A stretch of 64,000 nt of DNA from a virus, in the IMG/VR virus record IMGVR_UViG_3300042508_000428, one strand, 5' to 3'. The translations under genes and the position numbers were made by a program. Below the pieces are notes generated by a model, which searched no databases, had not been told where the DNA came from, and saw only the letters and a list, made by a program, of their open reading frames with translations. Positions 50,421 through 59,542 of the stretch are shown one piece after another. Position 1 is the first letter of the stretch; every line of letters starts with the position of its first letter.

Positions 50421-51371
50421 ATGAAAAAACTGCTCTTAACTCTCTTTTTATTACTATTATCAAATACTGCCAATGCTTGGGAAGCAACAGTTGGGCTTGG
50501 TGGCTATGGTAGGATTTTTGACGAAAAGGATCAGTTAGGAGCAGTTTCAAAACATGAAAGTTTAATTCCAGAATTTTCAGGTGGGTTGGCATTGAATGGA
50601 TCATTTCTGTTTGATGCCAGCCCTTCTTTTAGAATTGGTCCAGATTTAATGCTTGGATACGGCTGGTTGTCTGCCCAAGTAAATGAAAGGTTTGGAACAA
50701 GTTTGCAAAATCAAACTATTATTACCTCTCTAAATGTTCAGTATCAAATTTATGATTTTAGAGTTTCTGTAAAGCCCGGCTTTGTTGTCAATACTCTAAC
50801 CGCTGGATACACAGATAAAATTGACTCTGACACAGGTTTCTCTTCGTCCTTAAGATTTTCAACGGATCTATTTTCATCAGCAAGATTTTTTTTTGAGCCA
50901 CAGGTTTTATTCTCTCCCTCTGTAGAATCAAAGAATTCTTTTGTTCCATCGTATAGTTTAACTTTGGGCTTTGAAAAAATCTTTTCGCCAAAGAAGGTTC
51001 CTGCTCCCGTTGTGGAGAAACCAGTAGAAGTAAAGCCAGCAGTGAAAACACCAGAACCAGTTGTTGAACCTATTAAACTTCCAGAACCAGCAACCCCAGT
51101 TAAGCAACCAGATCCACCAGTTAAAGTTGAGGAAACTAAAGTAGAACCTCAATTAAATGTTGAGTCAAAAGGATACTTGGAAAACATATTAAAGGTTCAT
51201 AAAGTATTAAAATCATCCATTAAAATAATTTATAGTGAAGATAAGATTCTTAAAGAAAAGGCAGAAAAATTAGCAACTTGGTTTGCAGAGCGTGGAGTAA
51301 GTAAAGAAGATATTGTTCTAACAAACACGCTTGAAACAAAAGGCATAAGAATAGAAATTCTCAAAAAGTAG
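50421..51371 (+). CDS. Secreted outer-membrane beta-barrel-like protein with Pro-rich linker and short OmpA-like C-terminus
   Basis: Signal peptide MKKLLLTLFLLLLSNTANA; alternating hydrophobic strands ending YSLTLGFEKIF; P/V/E/K linker; KEKAEKLATWFAERGVSKEDI resembles OmpA C-domain helix. Confidence 0.6.
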   Translation: MKKLLLTLFLLLLSNTANAWEATVGLGGYGRIFDEKDQLGAVSKHESLIPEFSGGLALNGSFLFDASPSFRIGPDLMLGYGWLSAQVNERFGTSLQNQTIITSLNVQYQIYDFRVSVKPGFVVNTLTAGYTDKIDSDTGFSSSLRFSTDLFSSARFFFEPQVLFSPSVESKNSFVPSYSLTLGFEKIFSPKKVPAPVVEKPVEVKPAVKTPEPVVEPIKLPEPATPVKQPDPPVKVEETKVEPQLNVESKGYLENILKVHKVLKSSIKIIYSEDKILKEKAEKLATWFAERGVSKEDIVLTNTLETKGIRIEILKK

Positions 51372-51377
51372 GATAAT

Positions 51378-53441
51378 ATGTTAAAGAAAATAATACCGCT
51401 TTTATTTTTAGTCTCCTGTTCGCAAGAGACAGCAGCGCCCACTATTCAAGGGGGCATTGGCTTTGACATACAGCAAGACACCACCATCATTGTTAAAGAT
51501 ATAGAACAACCAGATGTTATTGAATCAGACACAGAACCAGTGGAAGATACACAGGTAGAAGACGCGGAAAATGACCTAGAAAATACGGAAATAATAGAAG
51601 TAGAAGAAGATGCGGTCGAAGATGTTGAGCCTCCTGTAGAGGACACAGAAGAGCCTGAATGTATTGATGAAGACGGCGATGGGTTTGGTGAAAACTGCAA
51701 CTTTGGTATTGATTGCGATGACTTCAATCCAAACTTTGGAGATGTATGCCCAGATTGCTCAAAGGCTGGAACTATAGGCTGTACTTGTTCTGGCAAGCCT
51801 TTATCGTGTTATGAATACGATCCAGCGACAGTAGGAAAAGGCTTGTGTAAAAAAGGTCAGCAATTATGTACAGACGGCTTCTGGAAAGCATGTAGCGGGA
51901 GCATTGGACCAGCACCAGAACTCTGCGACTTCAAAGACAACGACTGCGATGGCGAAACAGACGAGGGCGTAAAATCAACTTGTGGTAATTGTGATCTAAC
52001 TTGTAATCAACAAACTATTGGTTCTGGTGGTAAAGGATGGAATCTAAATAGTGAAAATGCTACAGGGCTTGGTTTGGATCCACAAGGTAATGTAACTCTT
52101 GATTTATCAGCGATCTCGCTCAACTTGAAGTTTATTTGGATCGCAAACTCACCAAATAACACTGTATCCAAAGTTGATTGTAAGACCATTACAGAAGTTG
52201 GTAGATTCCAAGTTTGCTCAGACCCTTCAAGAACTTCTGTTGACCTTGAGGGAAATGTTTGGGTTGCTTGCCGTGGCGATGGTGCCGTAACAAAAATTAT
52301 CGCAGATAAAACAAAATGTGCTGATAAAAACGGCAATGGTATTATTGAAACATCGACAAGCTCACAGCCAATAGGCAATGATGAGTGTATCAAGTTTATT
52401 GTAAACCCCGGCAAAGGATCTTATGCTAGAGGTGCCGCTGTAGATAAAGAAAATCATGTATGGATAGGTTATTGGAACCAAAAAACAATGGTTCGTCTTA
52501 ATGCCAACACTGGCGCAACGATGACGGAAATTCCATTGGGTGTATCGCCCTATGGTTTAGTAATTGACCAAAAGGGAATGATCTGGGCGCAAGGTGAGTT
52601 CAACACGCTGGTCATGATAGACCCTTTGACACAAGTCGTTACAAAGAATAATACCTTACCACAACTAAAGTTCCCTGCTAGTGCTTACGGGCTTAATGTA
52701 GATAAGTATGGTCGTTTGTGGGTTGCTTCGGGCAACAAAGCATCTGTTTATGATCCCAAGACATTACAATGGAAGGTCGTTAACATGAACTGGGGTGGTG
52801 GTCGTGGTGTTGCTACATCAAATGATGGTTATACTTATGTCGCCGTAGATGGTTCAGGCGGGGCAGTAAAAATAAATGGCAATGTTGATCCACCACAAGT
52901 AGAAGGTTTTATCAAGGGAGCAGGAAGCCCTGTCGGTGCTGCTATTGACTATGATGGTTTTGTTTGGGTCGTAAATCAAGGTGGTTCAAGCGCAACAAAG
53001 ATGGATCCAAATACAATGTCTGCGGTAGGAACTGTTTCAGTTGGTTCATCTCCATACACATACTCAGACATGACTGGTTATACTCTAAACTACTTTACTG
53101 CGCCAAAAGGTCAATACAGCACAGTATTCTTTGGAAGTGTATCATCAAACCCAATAACAACTTCCACAATGAAACAAGTGTGGCAGTCAATTTCAGCAGA
53201 AGCGGATCTTCCAGAAGGGACAGCATTGAGGTTTAGATTAAGAGCGGGCAATACAAAAGTAGAACTAGAAAATGCTAAATGGTCTGAGCCTATTGATTTT
53301 CCGCCAGAAGTATTTCCTTATGATCTTACCAAGGCAAATATTATCGGCAACATGCTACAAGTTGAAATACAGTTGACAACAAAAGATAAAAAGGTTGCTC
53401 CAACTCTAAAATCTATAACGGCGAAGTCCAAACTGATTTAA
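51378..53441 (+). CDS. Lipoprotein with Asp/Cys metal-binding-type repeats and Vgb/NHL-like beta-propeller
   Basis: MLKKIIPLLFLVS-C lipobox; CIDEDGDGFG...DCDD and ELCDFKDNDCDGETDEG; propeller blades (VDLEGNVWV, VDKENHVWI, IDQKGMIW, VDKYGRLWV, IDYDGFVWV); SPYTYSDMTG. Confidence 0.75.
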   Translation: MLKKIIPLLFLVSCSQETAAPTIQGGIGFDIQQDTTIIVKDIEQPDVIESDTEPVEDTQVEDAENDLENTEIIEVEEDAVEDVEPPVEDTEEPECIDEDGDGFGENCNFGIDCDDFNPNFGDVCPDCSKAGTIGCTCSGKPLSCYEYDPATVGKGLCKKGQQLCTDGFWKACSGSIGPAPELCDFKDNDCDGETDEGVKSTCGNCDLTCNQQTIGSGGKGWNLNSENATGLGLDPQGNVTLDLSAISLNLKFIWIANSPNNTVSKVDCKTITEVGRFQVCSDPSRTSVDLEGNVWVACRGDGAVTKIIADKTKCADKNGNGIIETSTSSQPIGNDECIKFIVNPGKGSYARGAAVDKENHVWIGYWNQKTMVRLNANTGATMTEIPLGVSPYGLVIDQKGMIWAQGEFNTLVMIDPLTQVVTKNNTLPQLKFPASAYGLNVDKYGRLWVASGNKASVYDPKTLQWKVVNMNWGGGRGVATSNDGYTYVAVDGSGGAVKINGNVDPPQVEGFIKGAGSPVGAAIDYDGFVWVVNQGGSSATKMDPNTMSAVGTVSVGSSPYTYSDMTGYTLNYFTAPKGQYSTVFFGSVSSNPITTSTMKQVWQSISAEADLPEGTALRFRLRAGNTKVELENAKWSEPIDFPPEVFPYDLTKANIIGNMLQVEIQLTTKDKKVAPTLKSITAKSKLI

Positions 53442-53444
53442 CAA

Positions 53445-53452
53445 ACTATTTA
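53445..53452 (+). promoter_or_regulatory. ACTATTTA motif
   Basis: Starts only 13 nt upstream of ATG 53458, no SD between. Confidence 0.5.
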
Positions 53453-53457
53453 TAGTA

Positions 53458-53973
53458 ATGTTAGTTATTTTTAAGCTGAGTTTCTGGATCAGCTTATTGT
53501 TCTCTTGTAGACCAGTAGATCCAGTAATAAGCAACAAAATAATTGATTCAGTTGAGTTTCAGGAATCGAGAGGTGTAGCTTCTGTAAGAGATAATGGTTA
53601 TTGTGTTGGGTTAATGCAGATAGATAGAAGATATTCTCCAATACAAAAACCTTATTTAAAAATTCCTTATCTCAATCGAATCATTGGCGTGCGAATGCTT
53701 CGATATTGGCATAAGCAGGCGAGAGGTGATATGAATCATGCTCTTGCGGCCTATAATTGTGGATATGCTGGATTAAATACCACTTGCGGTTCTGGATATG
53801 CCAGCGCCGTTTTAAATAGAAATCTTGTTCGTAAGAGAAAGAATCCCGAAAGTTGTTTTATTATGGGAAATATTATTAATTATTATTTCGACAATAAACA
53901 CTATTTAGTTAAGTGGAGAAATAAATTATGGCATTACCAACAATCACCCCGGCATCAACGACAACAACGGTAA
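53458..53973 (+). CDS. Lytic transglycosylase (SLT domain) with N-terminal hydrophobic segment/lipobox; candidate endolysin
   Basis: SLT motifs FQESRG (catalytic Glu), GLMQ, ALAAYNCG; N-terminus MLVIFKLSFWISLLFS-C. Confidence 0.8.
   Translation: MLVIFKLSFWISLLFSCRPVDPVISNKIIDSVEFQESRGVASVRDNGYCVGLMQIDRRYSPIQKPYLKIPYLNRIIGVRMLRYWHKQARGDMNHALAAYNCGYAGLNTTCGSGYASAVLNRNLVRKRKNPESCFIMGNIINYYFDNKHYLVKWRNKLWHYQQSPRHQRQQR
53900..53907 (+). promoter_or_regulatory. ACTATTTA motif heading neck genes
   Basis: Inside 3' end of SLT gene, 28 nt upstream of ATG 53928. Confidence 0.55.
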
Positions 53974-55178
53974 GATTATCATCTTCCGCAACAGCAACAG
54001 AAGCTTCAACCGCTTCAAACTATCCGTTCAGCATATACACAACAGATCAATACTTCTTGACTGGAGCGGCGGAGCAAGTTGCCTTTGTTTATAAAATGTT
54101 AGGCGGCGATGTATTAGATATTGAATTAAGAAATCAAAATGTATTTTCTGCTTACCAAGCCGCTTGTATGGAATATTCCTACCTTGTAAACATTCATCAA
54201 GCAAAGAACTCTCTACCAAATATGCTTGGTGCAACAACAGGAACTTTTGATCATAAGGGTTCTCTTTTGTCTGGTCCAACCGGCTCAAACGTTGCATTAA
54301 AGTTTCCAAGATTCCAAGCACAACTACCAAGAAATGTTGCCAAAGGTTTTGGAGCCTCTGTTGGGGTTGGCGGTGATGTTCCTGTTTATTCAGCATCAAT
54401 TAATTTAACCTCAAGTGTTCAAGATTATGATTTACAAGCAGCAGCAGACGAAGCATTAACTGCTGCTGGAAAATCAAATTTAGTTGGCAAAAGAGCAGTT
54501 GTAACAAAAGTTTATTATGTAACTCCAAGAGCTATGTGGAGATTCTTTGCTTATTACGGTGGTATTAATGTCATTGGTAATATGACAACCTATGGTATGT
54601 ATACCGATGATTCTACGTTTGAAGTCGTTCCCACTTGGCAGAATAAGCTTCAAGCTATGATGTATGAGGATTCAATCTATACAAGAACTTCTCATCACTC
54701 TTATGAGATTGTGGACAACAAATTAAGACTATATCCAGTGCCAGCAGTTACAGACGTAACAAAGATGTATTTTAGATTTTACATCGTTCCCGACGCTTGG
54801 GAAGCAGGAACTTCAAATGATGGTATTGGTGGCATCAATAACCTAAACACTCTACCTTTCGAGAATATACCCTATACTAACATCAATAGCATAGGAAAGC
54901 AATGGATCAGAAGATATGCATTAGCTTTGTCAAAAGAAATGCTTGGTCAAATTCGTGGTAAGTTTGGAGGAAATGTTCCATCTCCAGGAGTTACAATCAC
55001 TCTTAATGCAACCGCTTTATTAGGTGAAGCCGAGAAAGAAAAGACTGCATTAAGAGATGAATTGGTTAAAGTTCTTGATGAATTAACATATACCAAGATT
55101 ACAGAAACACAAGCCAGCATAGCCAAGAATGCTGCGGAAACAATGAAATACGCACCACTACCAATCTTTGTAGGATAA
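53928..55178 (+). CDS. Neck/head-tail adaptor protein (gp13-like)
   Basis: YKMLGGDVLDIEL, WIRRYALALSKEMLGQIRGKF...GVTITLNATALLGEAEKE motifs; position before gp14/gp15-like genes. Confidence 0.8.
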   Translation: MALPTITPASTTTTVRLSSSATATEASTASNYPFSIYTTDQYFLTGAAEQVAFVYKMLGGDVLDIELRNQNVFSAYQAACMEYSYLVNIHQAKNSLPNMLGATTGTFDHKGSLLSGPTGSNVALKFPRFQAQLPRNVAKGFGASVGVGGDVPVYSASINLTSSVQDYDLQAAADEALTAAGKSNLVGKRAVVTKVYYVTPRAMWRFFAYYGGINVIGNMTTYGMYTDDSTFEVVPTWQNKLQAMMYEDSIYTRTSHHSYEIVDNKLRLYPVPAVTDVTKMYFRFYIVPDAWEAGTSNDGIGGINNLNTLPFENIPYTNINSIGKQWIRRYALALSKEMLGQIRGKFGGNVPSPGVTITLNATALLGEAEKEKTALRDELVKVLDELTYTKITETQASIAKNAAETMKYAPLPIFVG

Positions 55179-55182
55179 TTAA

Positions 55183-55680
55183 ATGGCAAAAAAGAATCAG
55201 TTTACACAACCAGCAGCTCCTCCGCCTCCGATGTTTATTAACCAACCGGAGAGAGACTTTAATAAACAAATAGTTACAGAGGTCGCTGAAAGAGTTAGTG
55301 GTCAACCTATTCTTTATTATCCAATTGATATTGATTCAACAGATTTTCATCCTCTTTATGGTGAAGCAATAACAAAGACATTTCTTCCACCAGTTAGAGT
55401 ATACGCCTTTGTTGAATTTTCTGGCAAGTACATAGAAACAAAAGTAGATAAGTTTGGTTTAGAAAAAGATACAACGATGACAGTTCATTTCCACAAGAGA
55501 AGATTAACAGAAGATCAGGATCTTTATGTTAGAGAAGGTGATTTTATTCTACACAATGGAGTTCTCTACGAGATTGTAAAATTATCCGAACCACCTTCTC
55601 CTTATGGTCAAACAGAGAACAGAGTAGAAATAACAGCAACATGTATTAAGAGCAGAAAGGGTCTATTCAACGCACAATAA
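55183..55680 (+). CDS. Head closure/neck protein (gp14-like)
   Basis: GQPILYY...LYGEA...KFGL...REGDFI pattern. Confidence 0.75.
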   Translation: MAKKNQFTQPAAPPPPMFINQPERDFNKQIVTEVAERVSGQPILYYPIDIDSTDFHPLYGEAITKTFLPPVRVYAFVEFSGKYIETKVDKFGLEKDTTMTVHFHKRRLTEDQDLYVREGDFILHNGVLYEIVKLSEPPSPYGQTENRVEITATCIKSRKGLFNAQ

Positions 55681-55690
55681 AGGTATATAA

Positions 55691-56536
55691 ATGGACACAT
55701 CATATAAACAACAAGACAATCCAACACCAGTTTCTACTTTTGAAACAATTGATATGGCAATGTTTACTTGGTTAAATGAAACTCTTGATGTTCATGCCAC
55801 AACGAACGAAGGTATTAAGAAAGTTCCTGTTGTTTGGTTTACAAGAGAAAGAGCATTTCAAATTAAAGAAGAAAGAGATAATAGAGATAATAATGGATTT
55901 TTAGATTTTCCACAAATTCAATTAGCAAGAACTACAATGGCATTAACAACAAAAGCAGAAAGTCCATTACCAGGGATATTTAGAAAAGGCATAGATTATA
56001 AAAATAATCAGTTTGGATTCTGGAGAAAAGTACAACAAGATAAAACAAAAAACTTCGCTAATGCTAAATCACAAAGAGTCTATGGTCAACCAAATTTTAA
56101 GTTTAATAATAATGAAATTGTATATGAATGGGTATTTACTCCATATCCATCATATTATGACATAACTTACGAAGTGTCAATGAAGTCAATTTATATACAG
56201 CAAATTAATGAAATGATGGCTCCGCTACAAAGAATTATTGTTCCATATAATGCTGGTGTATTTATGTTGAGGTATGGAGGTTTTAAGTATGAAGCCTTTG
56301 TTGATAAAGCAATGAATTTTACAACAAACTCTCCAGACATAGGAGAGGCAGAAAAAATTTATGAATCCAAATTTACAGTTAAAGTTTTAGGGTTTACAAC
56401 GACGAGTGATACTAATCAGACAACTCCAAATACTGTTTACAGAGAGACTCCGGCAAAAGTCAGGATCAATCGTGAGAGAACTATTTTGGGAGATATAAAT
56501 ACAAATGGTGATCCAGATACTCCATATAGAGAATGA
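55691..56536 (+). CDS. Tail terminator/completion protein (gp15-like)
   Basis: KVPVVW...ERAF, PSYYDITYEVSM, QQINEM; between neck and sheath. Confidence 0.7.
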   Translation: MDTSYKQQDNPTPVSTFETIDMAMFTWLNETLDVHATTNEGIKKVPVVWFTRERAFQIKEERDNRDNNGFLDFPQIQLARTTMALTTKAESPLPGIFRKGIDYKNNQFGFWRKVQQDKTKNFANAKSQRVYGQPNFKFNNNEIVYEWVFTPYPSYYDITYEVSMKSIYIQQINEMMAPLQRIIVPYNAGVFMLRYGGFKYEAFVDKAMNFTTNSPDIGEAEKIYESKFTVKVLGFTTTSDTNQTTPNTVYRETPAKVRINRERTILGDINTNGDPDTPYRE

Positions 56537-56552
56537 TTTTGAGATTCTTAAA

Positions 56553-56560
56553 ACTATTTA
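56553..56560 (+). promoter_or_regulatory. ACTATTTA motif heading sheath/tube operon
   Basis: 36 nt upstream of ATG 56589. Confidence 0.6.
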
Positions 56561-56588
56561 TTAGGAGTTACTCATAGGAGAAAAGTAA

Positions 56589-59528
56589 ATGGCAGTAAAA
56601 GCTTTCAAGTTTGCATCCCCAGGCATCTTTTTAAATGAAATAGATCAATCACAAGTTGCAGAATCTCCTGCATCAGTTGGACCAATCATCATTGGTAGAG
56701 CAGAAAGAGGGCCAGCAATGCGTCCTGTTACAGTTGCTTCTTACGATGAGTTTGTACAAACGTTTGGTGAACCGGTTGCTGGTGGAGATTCTTCTGGAGA
56801 TGTTTGGAGAAGTGGTATTCCTTCTGGTCCAACATATGGTGGTTATGCTGCTCAAGCTTGGTTGGCAAACAACCCAACAGTTACATTCGTAAGATTATTA
56901 GGAACACAAGCTGATAATCCAGAATCTACAAGTTTAAATAATCAAGGGAAAGCAGGATGGACAGTTGGAAGCCCAACGCCTTCTGCCCCTAAAGGTGCTT
57001 ATGGATTATTTGTTTTTCCTTCATCATCTGAATCTTCTGTTATAATGGCTGGTTGTTTAGCTGCTGTTTGGTATTGCTCTGGTACTGTTCCAGTGCTCTC
57101 TGGTACTTTGTATGGTACGTCATCTCCAAAACAAAATAATGGTATTATGATTAATAGTACTAGTGGTCTTTTTTCTGTATATATGAGTGGAACTTCTGGT
57201 CAAGGAGTTGATACAAATACTGTTAAGTATTTCGATTTTAGCCCAACAAGTGATAAATTTGTTAGAAAAGTGTTTAACACAAATCCACAAAATGCAAATA
57301 CAGATTCTACCTCTGGTCCTTCAAATACAAGTACTTCTTTTTATGGATATTGGTTAGGAGAAACTTTTGAAAATGAATTACCATTTATGGTTATATCGGG
57401 GTCTTCTTCTTATCCGCTAAACGGGGTTAATGGCGTATTAACAAATTCTGTTGGTATAATTTTACCAATTAAATTTGAAAATAGATTAGACAAACAAGCA
57501 AATGAAAGCAATGCAGCTAGAACAGGCTGGATCATTGGTCAGGGATCTTCTGGAGTTGTAGCTGACTTTTCAGCCAAAAATCAGAAGAAATTATTTAGAT
57601 TTATTTCTCTTGATTATGGTGATTGGACAAGAAACAATTTAAAAGTAACAATCAATAATATTATTGCTCCACAAAATGATGCGCAAAAATATGGAACATT
57701 TGATGTTGAAGTTCGAAGAGTGTATGACACTGATGCAAATAAAATTATTGTAGAAAGTTTTGTCGGTTGTACACTAGATCCTGATTCTCCTAGTTATATC
57801 GCAAGAAAAATTGGAGATACATATTACAGTTGGGATGAATCTAATAGAATATTATCTGAAGTTGGGGAGAATCCAAACAATTCTCAATTTATCAGAGTCG
57901 AAATGGCTCCTGACTATGTATCAAATGCAGGAGATATTCCGTTCGGCGTATTAGGTCCGCTAAAATATGACATTGCTACTTTCGCTTCTCAGGCGAACGT
58001 TACAAATGGTGTTGGATTTGTTTACGGAACTTCAAGTTGTTTCGCACAAACTTCATCAGTCAATTTAACTGCCAGTGGTGGTCCATCAGATCAAGCATTT
58101 AGATTTAATTTTCCATCATTAAGAACAAGAGTGTCTTCATCAGAAGATTCTTTAACAACTTACAAATTAGCTGATTGGGGAGCTGCCACCACAAGAGCTG
58201 CTTCTTCTATTCTTTATAATGAAGGCGTTAATGATATTTTAAGATTACCATTGACTGGGTCTGGATTTTATACTGGTATGGAAGGTGGTGGCTTATCTTA
58301 TGCTTGGGCATTTAGCTTAGACGATGTTCGCGTAACCGGTTCACAGCTTACAGGAAGCACTTGGCAAAATAAATATTTTATTTGGACTGCTGGGTCAAAA
58401 ACAAATTCTGGTATAAATGGTTCTTATACTGCTGTTAGTGGTACATTTGCACAACTTTTAAACACCGAAGGTGTAAATTCTTTCACAACCACTTTCCAAG
58501 GTGGTACTGATGGATTTAACGTTATGGAAGGTGAGCCACTAAGAAATTCTGCAATGACAGTCGGATCTTCAACAGATCAAAACAGCTATATCTACAATAC
58601 ATACAGAAGAGCAATTGATACGGTAAGAGATCCAGAATTTGTTCAAGGCAATCTCTTTACCATTCCAGGATTAGCTTATGAGCCATTAACTCTATATGCT
58701 GCACAAATGGCAGAAAGTAGAGCAGATGTAATGGCAATTATTGATGCGTCTGGAGTAGGAGCCAATTTAGCTTCTTATGTAACCAAACAAGAAAAAAGTG
58801 ACAACGCACAAGGAACAGCAACTCCAAGAGTTGCTCCTGTTAGTGATGTTGTTACAAGAATGAAAGCTAGAAATTTAAATACAAGTTATGCTGCAACATA
58901 TTATCCTTGGGTTCAAATTTCTGATTCTGTAACGGGTAAGATTGTTCCAATTCCATCATCAGTTGTTGCTCTCGGCGCAATGTCCTACAATGATAGTGTT
59001 CAAGCCCCTTGGTTTGCTCCAGCAGGATTTAATCGTGGTGGTTTATCAACCGGCAATGCAGGCGTAAACGTTGTTAACATTGTTAAGAAATTAACATCTG
59101 CAGAAAGAGATCAACTCTATCCAGTCAACGTTAATCCAATCGCATCATTCCCAAATGAAGGAATTGTAATCTTTGGACAGAAGACACTACAGGCAACTCC
59201 ATCTGCTCTGGACAGAATTAATGTTCGTAGATTAATGCTCTACATCAAGAGAGGAATTAACATAATCTCAACAAGAGTTCTATTTGAACCAAATGTTCAA
59301 GATACTTGGAACAACTTTAAAGATCAAGCAGAACCATTCCTTGCAGATGTAAAAGCAAGATTCGGTTTGACGGATTATAGATTAATTCTAGATGAGACAA
59401 CAACAACTCCAGATTTAATCGATCAAAATATCTTGTATGCAAAGATTTTCTTGAAACCAACAAAAGCAATCGAATTCATTGCAGTTGACTTCTTTATTAC
59501 AAAATCAGGAGCTTCATTCAATATTTAA
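56589..59528 (+). CDS. gp18: Tail sheath protein (gp18-like)
   Basis: FASPGIFLNEID, GRAERGP, ATYYPWV, PWFAPAGFNRG, SALDRINVRRL, FEPN, AIEFIAVDF. Confidence 0.96.
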   Translation: MAVKAFKFASPGIFLNEIDQSQVAESPASVGPIIIGRAERGPAMRPVTVASYDEFVQTFGEPVAGGDSSGDVWRSGIPSGPTYGGYAAQAWLANNPTVTFVRLLGTQADNPESTSLNNQGKAGWTVGSPTPSAPKGAYGLFVFPSSSESSVIMAGCLAAVWYCSGTVPVLSGTLYGTSSPKQNNGIMINSTSGLFSVYMSGTSGQGVDTNTVKYFDFSPTSDKFVRKVFNTNPQNANTDSTSGPSNTSTSFYGYWLGETFENELPFMVISGSSSYPLNGVNGVLTNSVGIILPIKFENRLDKQANESNAARTGWIIGQGSSGVVADFSAKNQKKLFRFISLDYGDWTRNNLKVTINNIIAPQNDAQKYGTFDVEVRRVYDTDANKIIVESFVGCTLDPDSPSYIARKIGDTYYSWDESNRILSEVGENPNNSQFIRVEMAPDYVSNAGDIPFGVLGPLKYDIATFASQANVTNGVGFVYGTSSCFAQTSSVNLTASGGPSDQAFRFNFPSLRTRVSSSEDSLTTYKLADWGAATTRAASSILYNEGVNDILRLPLTGSGFYTGMEGGGLSYAWAFSLDDVRVTGSQLTGSTWQNKYFIWTAGSKTNSGINGSYTAVSGTFAQLLNTEGVNSFTTTFQGGTDGFNVMEGEPLRNSAMTVGSSTDQNSYIYNTYRRAIDTVRDPEFVQGNLFTIPGLAYEPLTLYAAQMAESRADVMAIIDASGVGANLASYVTKQEKSDNAQGTATPRVAPVSDVVTRMKARNLNTSYAATYYPWVQISDSVTGKIVPIPSSVVALGAMSYNDSVQAPWFAPAGFNRGGLSTGNAGVNVVNIVKKLTSAERDQLYPVNVNPIASFPNEGIVIFGQKTLQATPSALDRINVRRLMLYIKRGINIISTRVLFEPNVQDTWNNFKDQAEPFLADVKARFGLTDYRLILDETTTTPDLIDQNILYAKIFLKPTKAIEFIAVDFFITKSGASFNI

Positions 59529-59542
59529 TAGGAGAGTAATAT

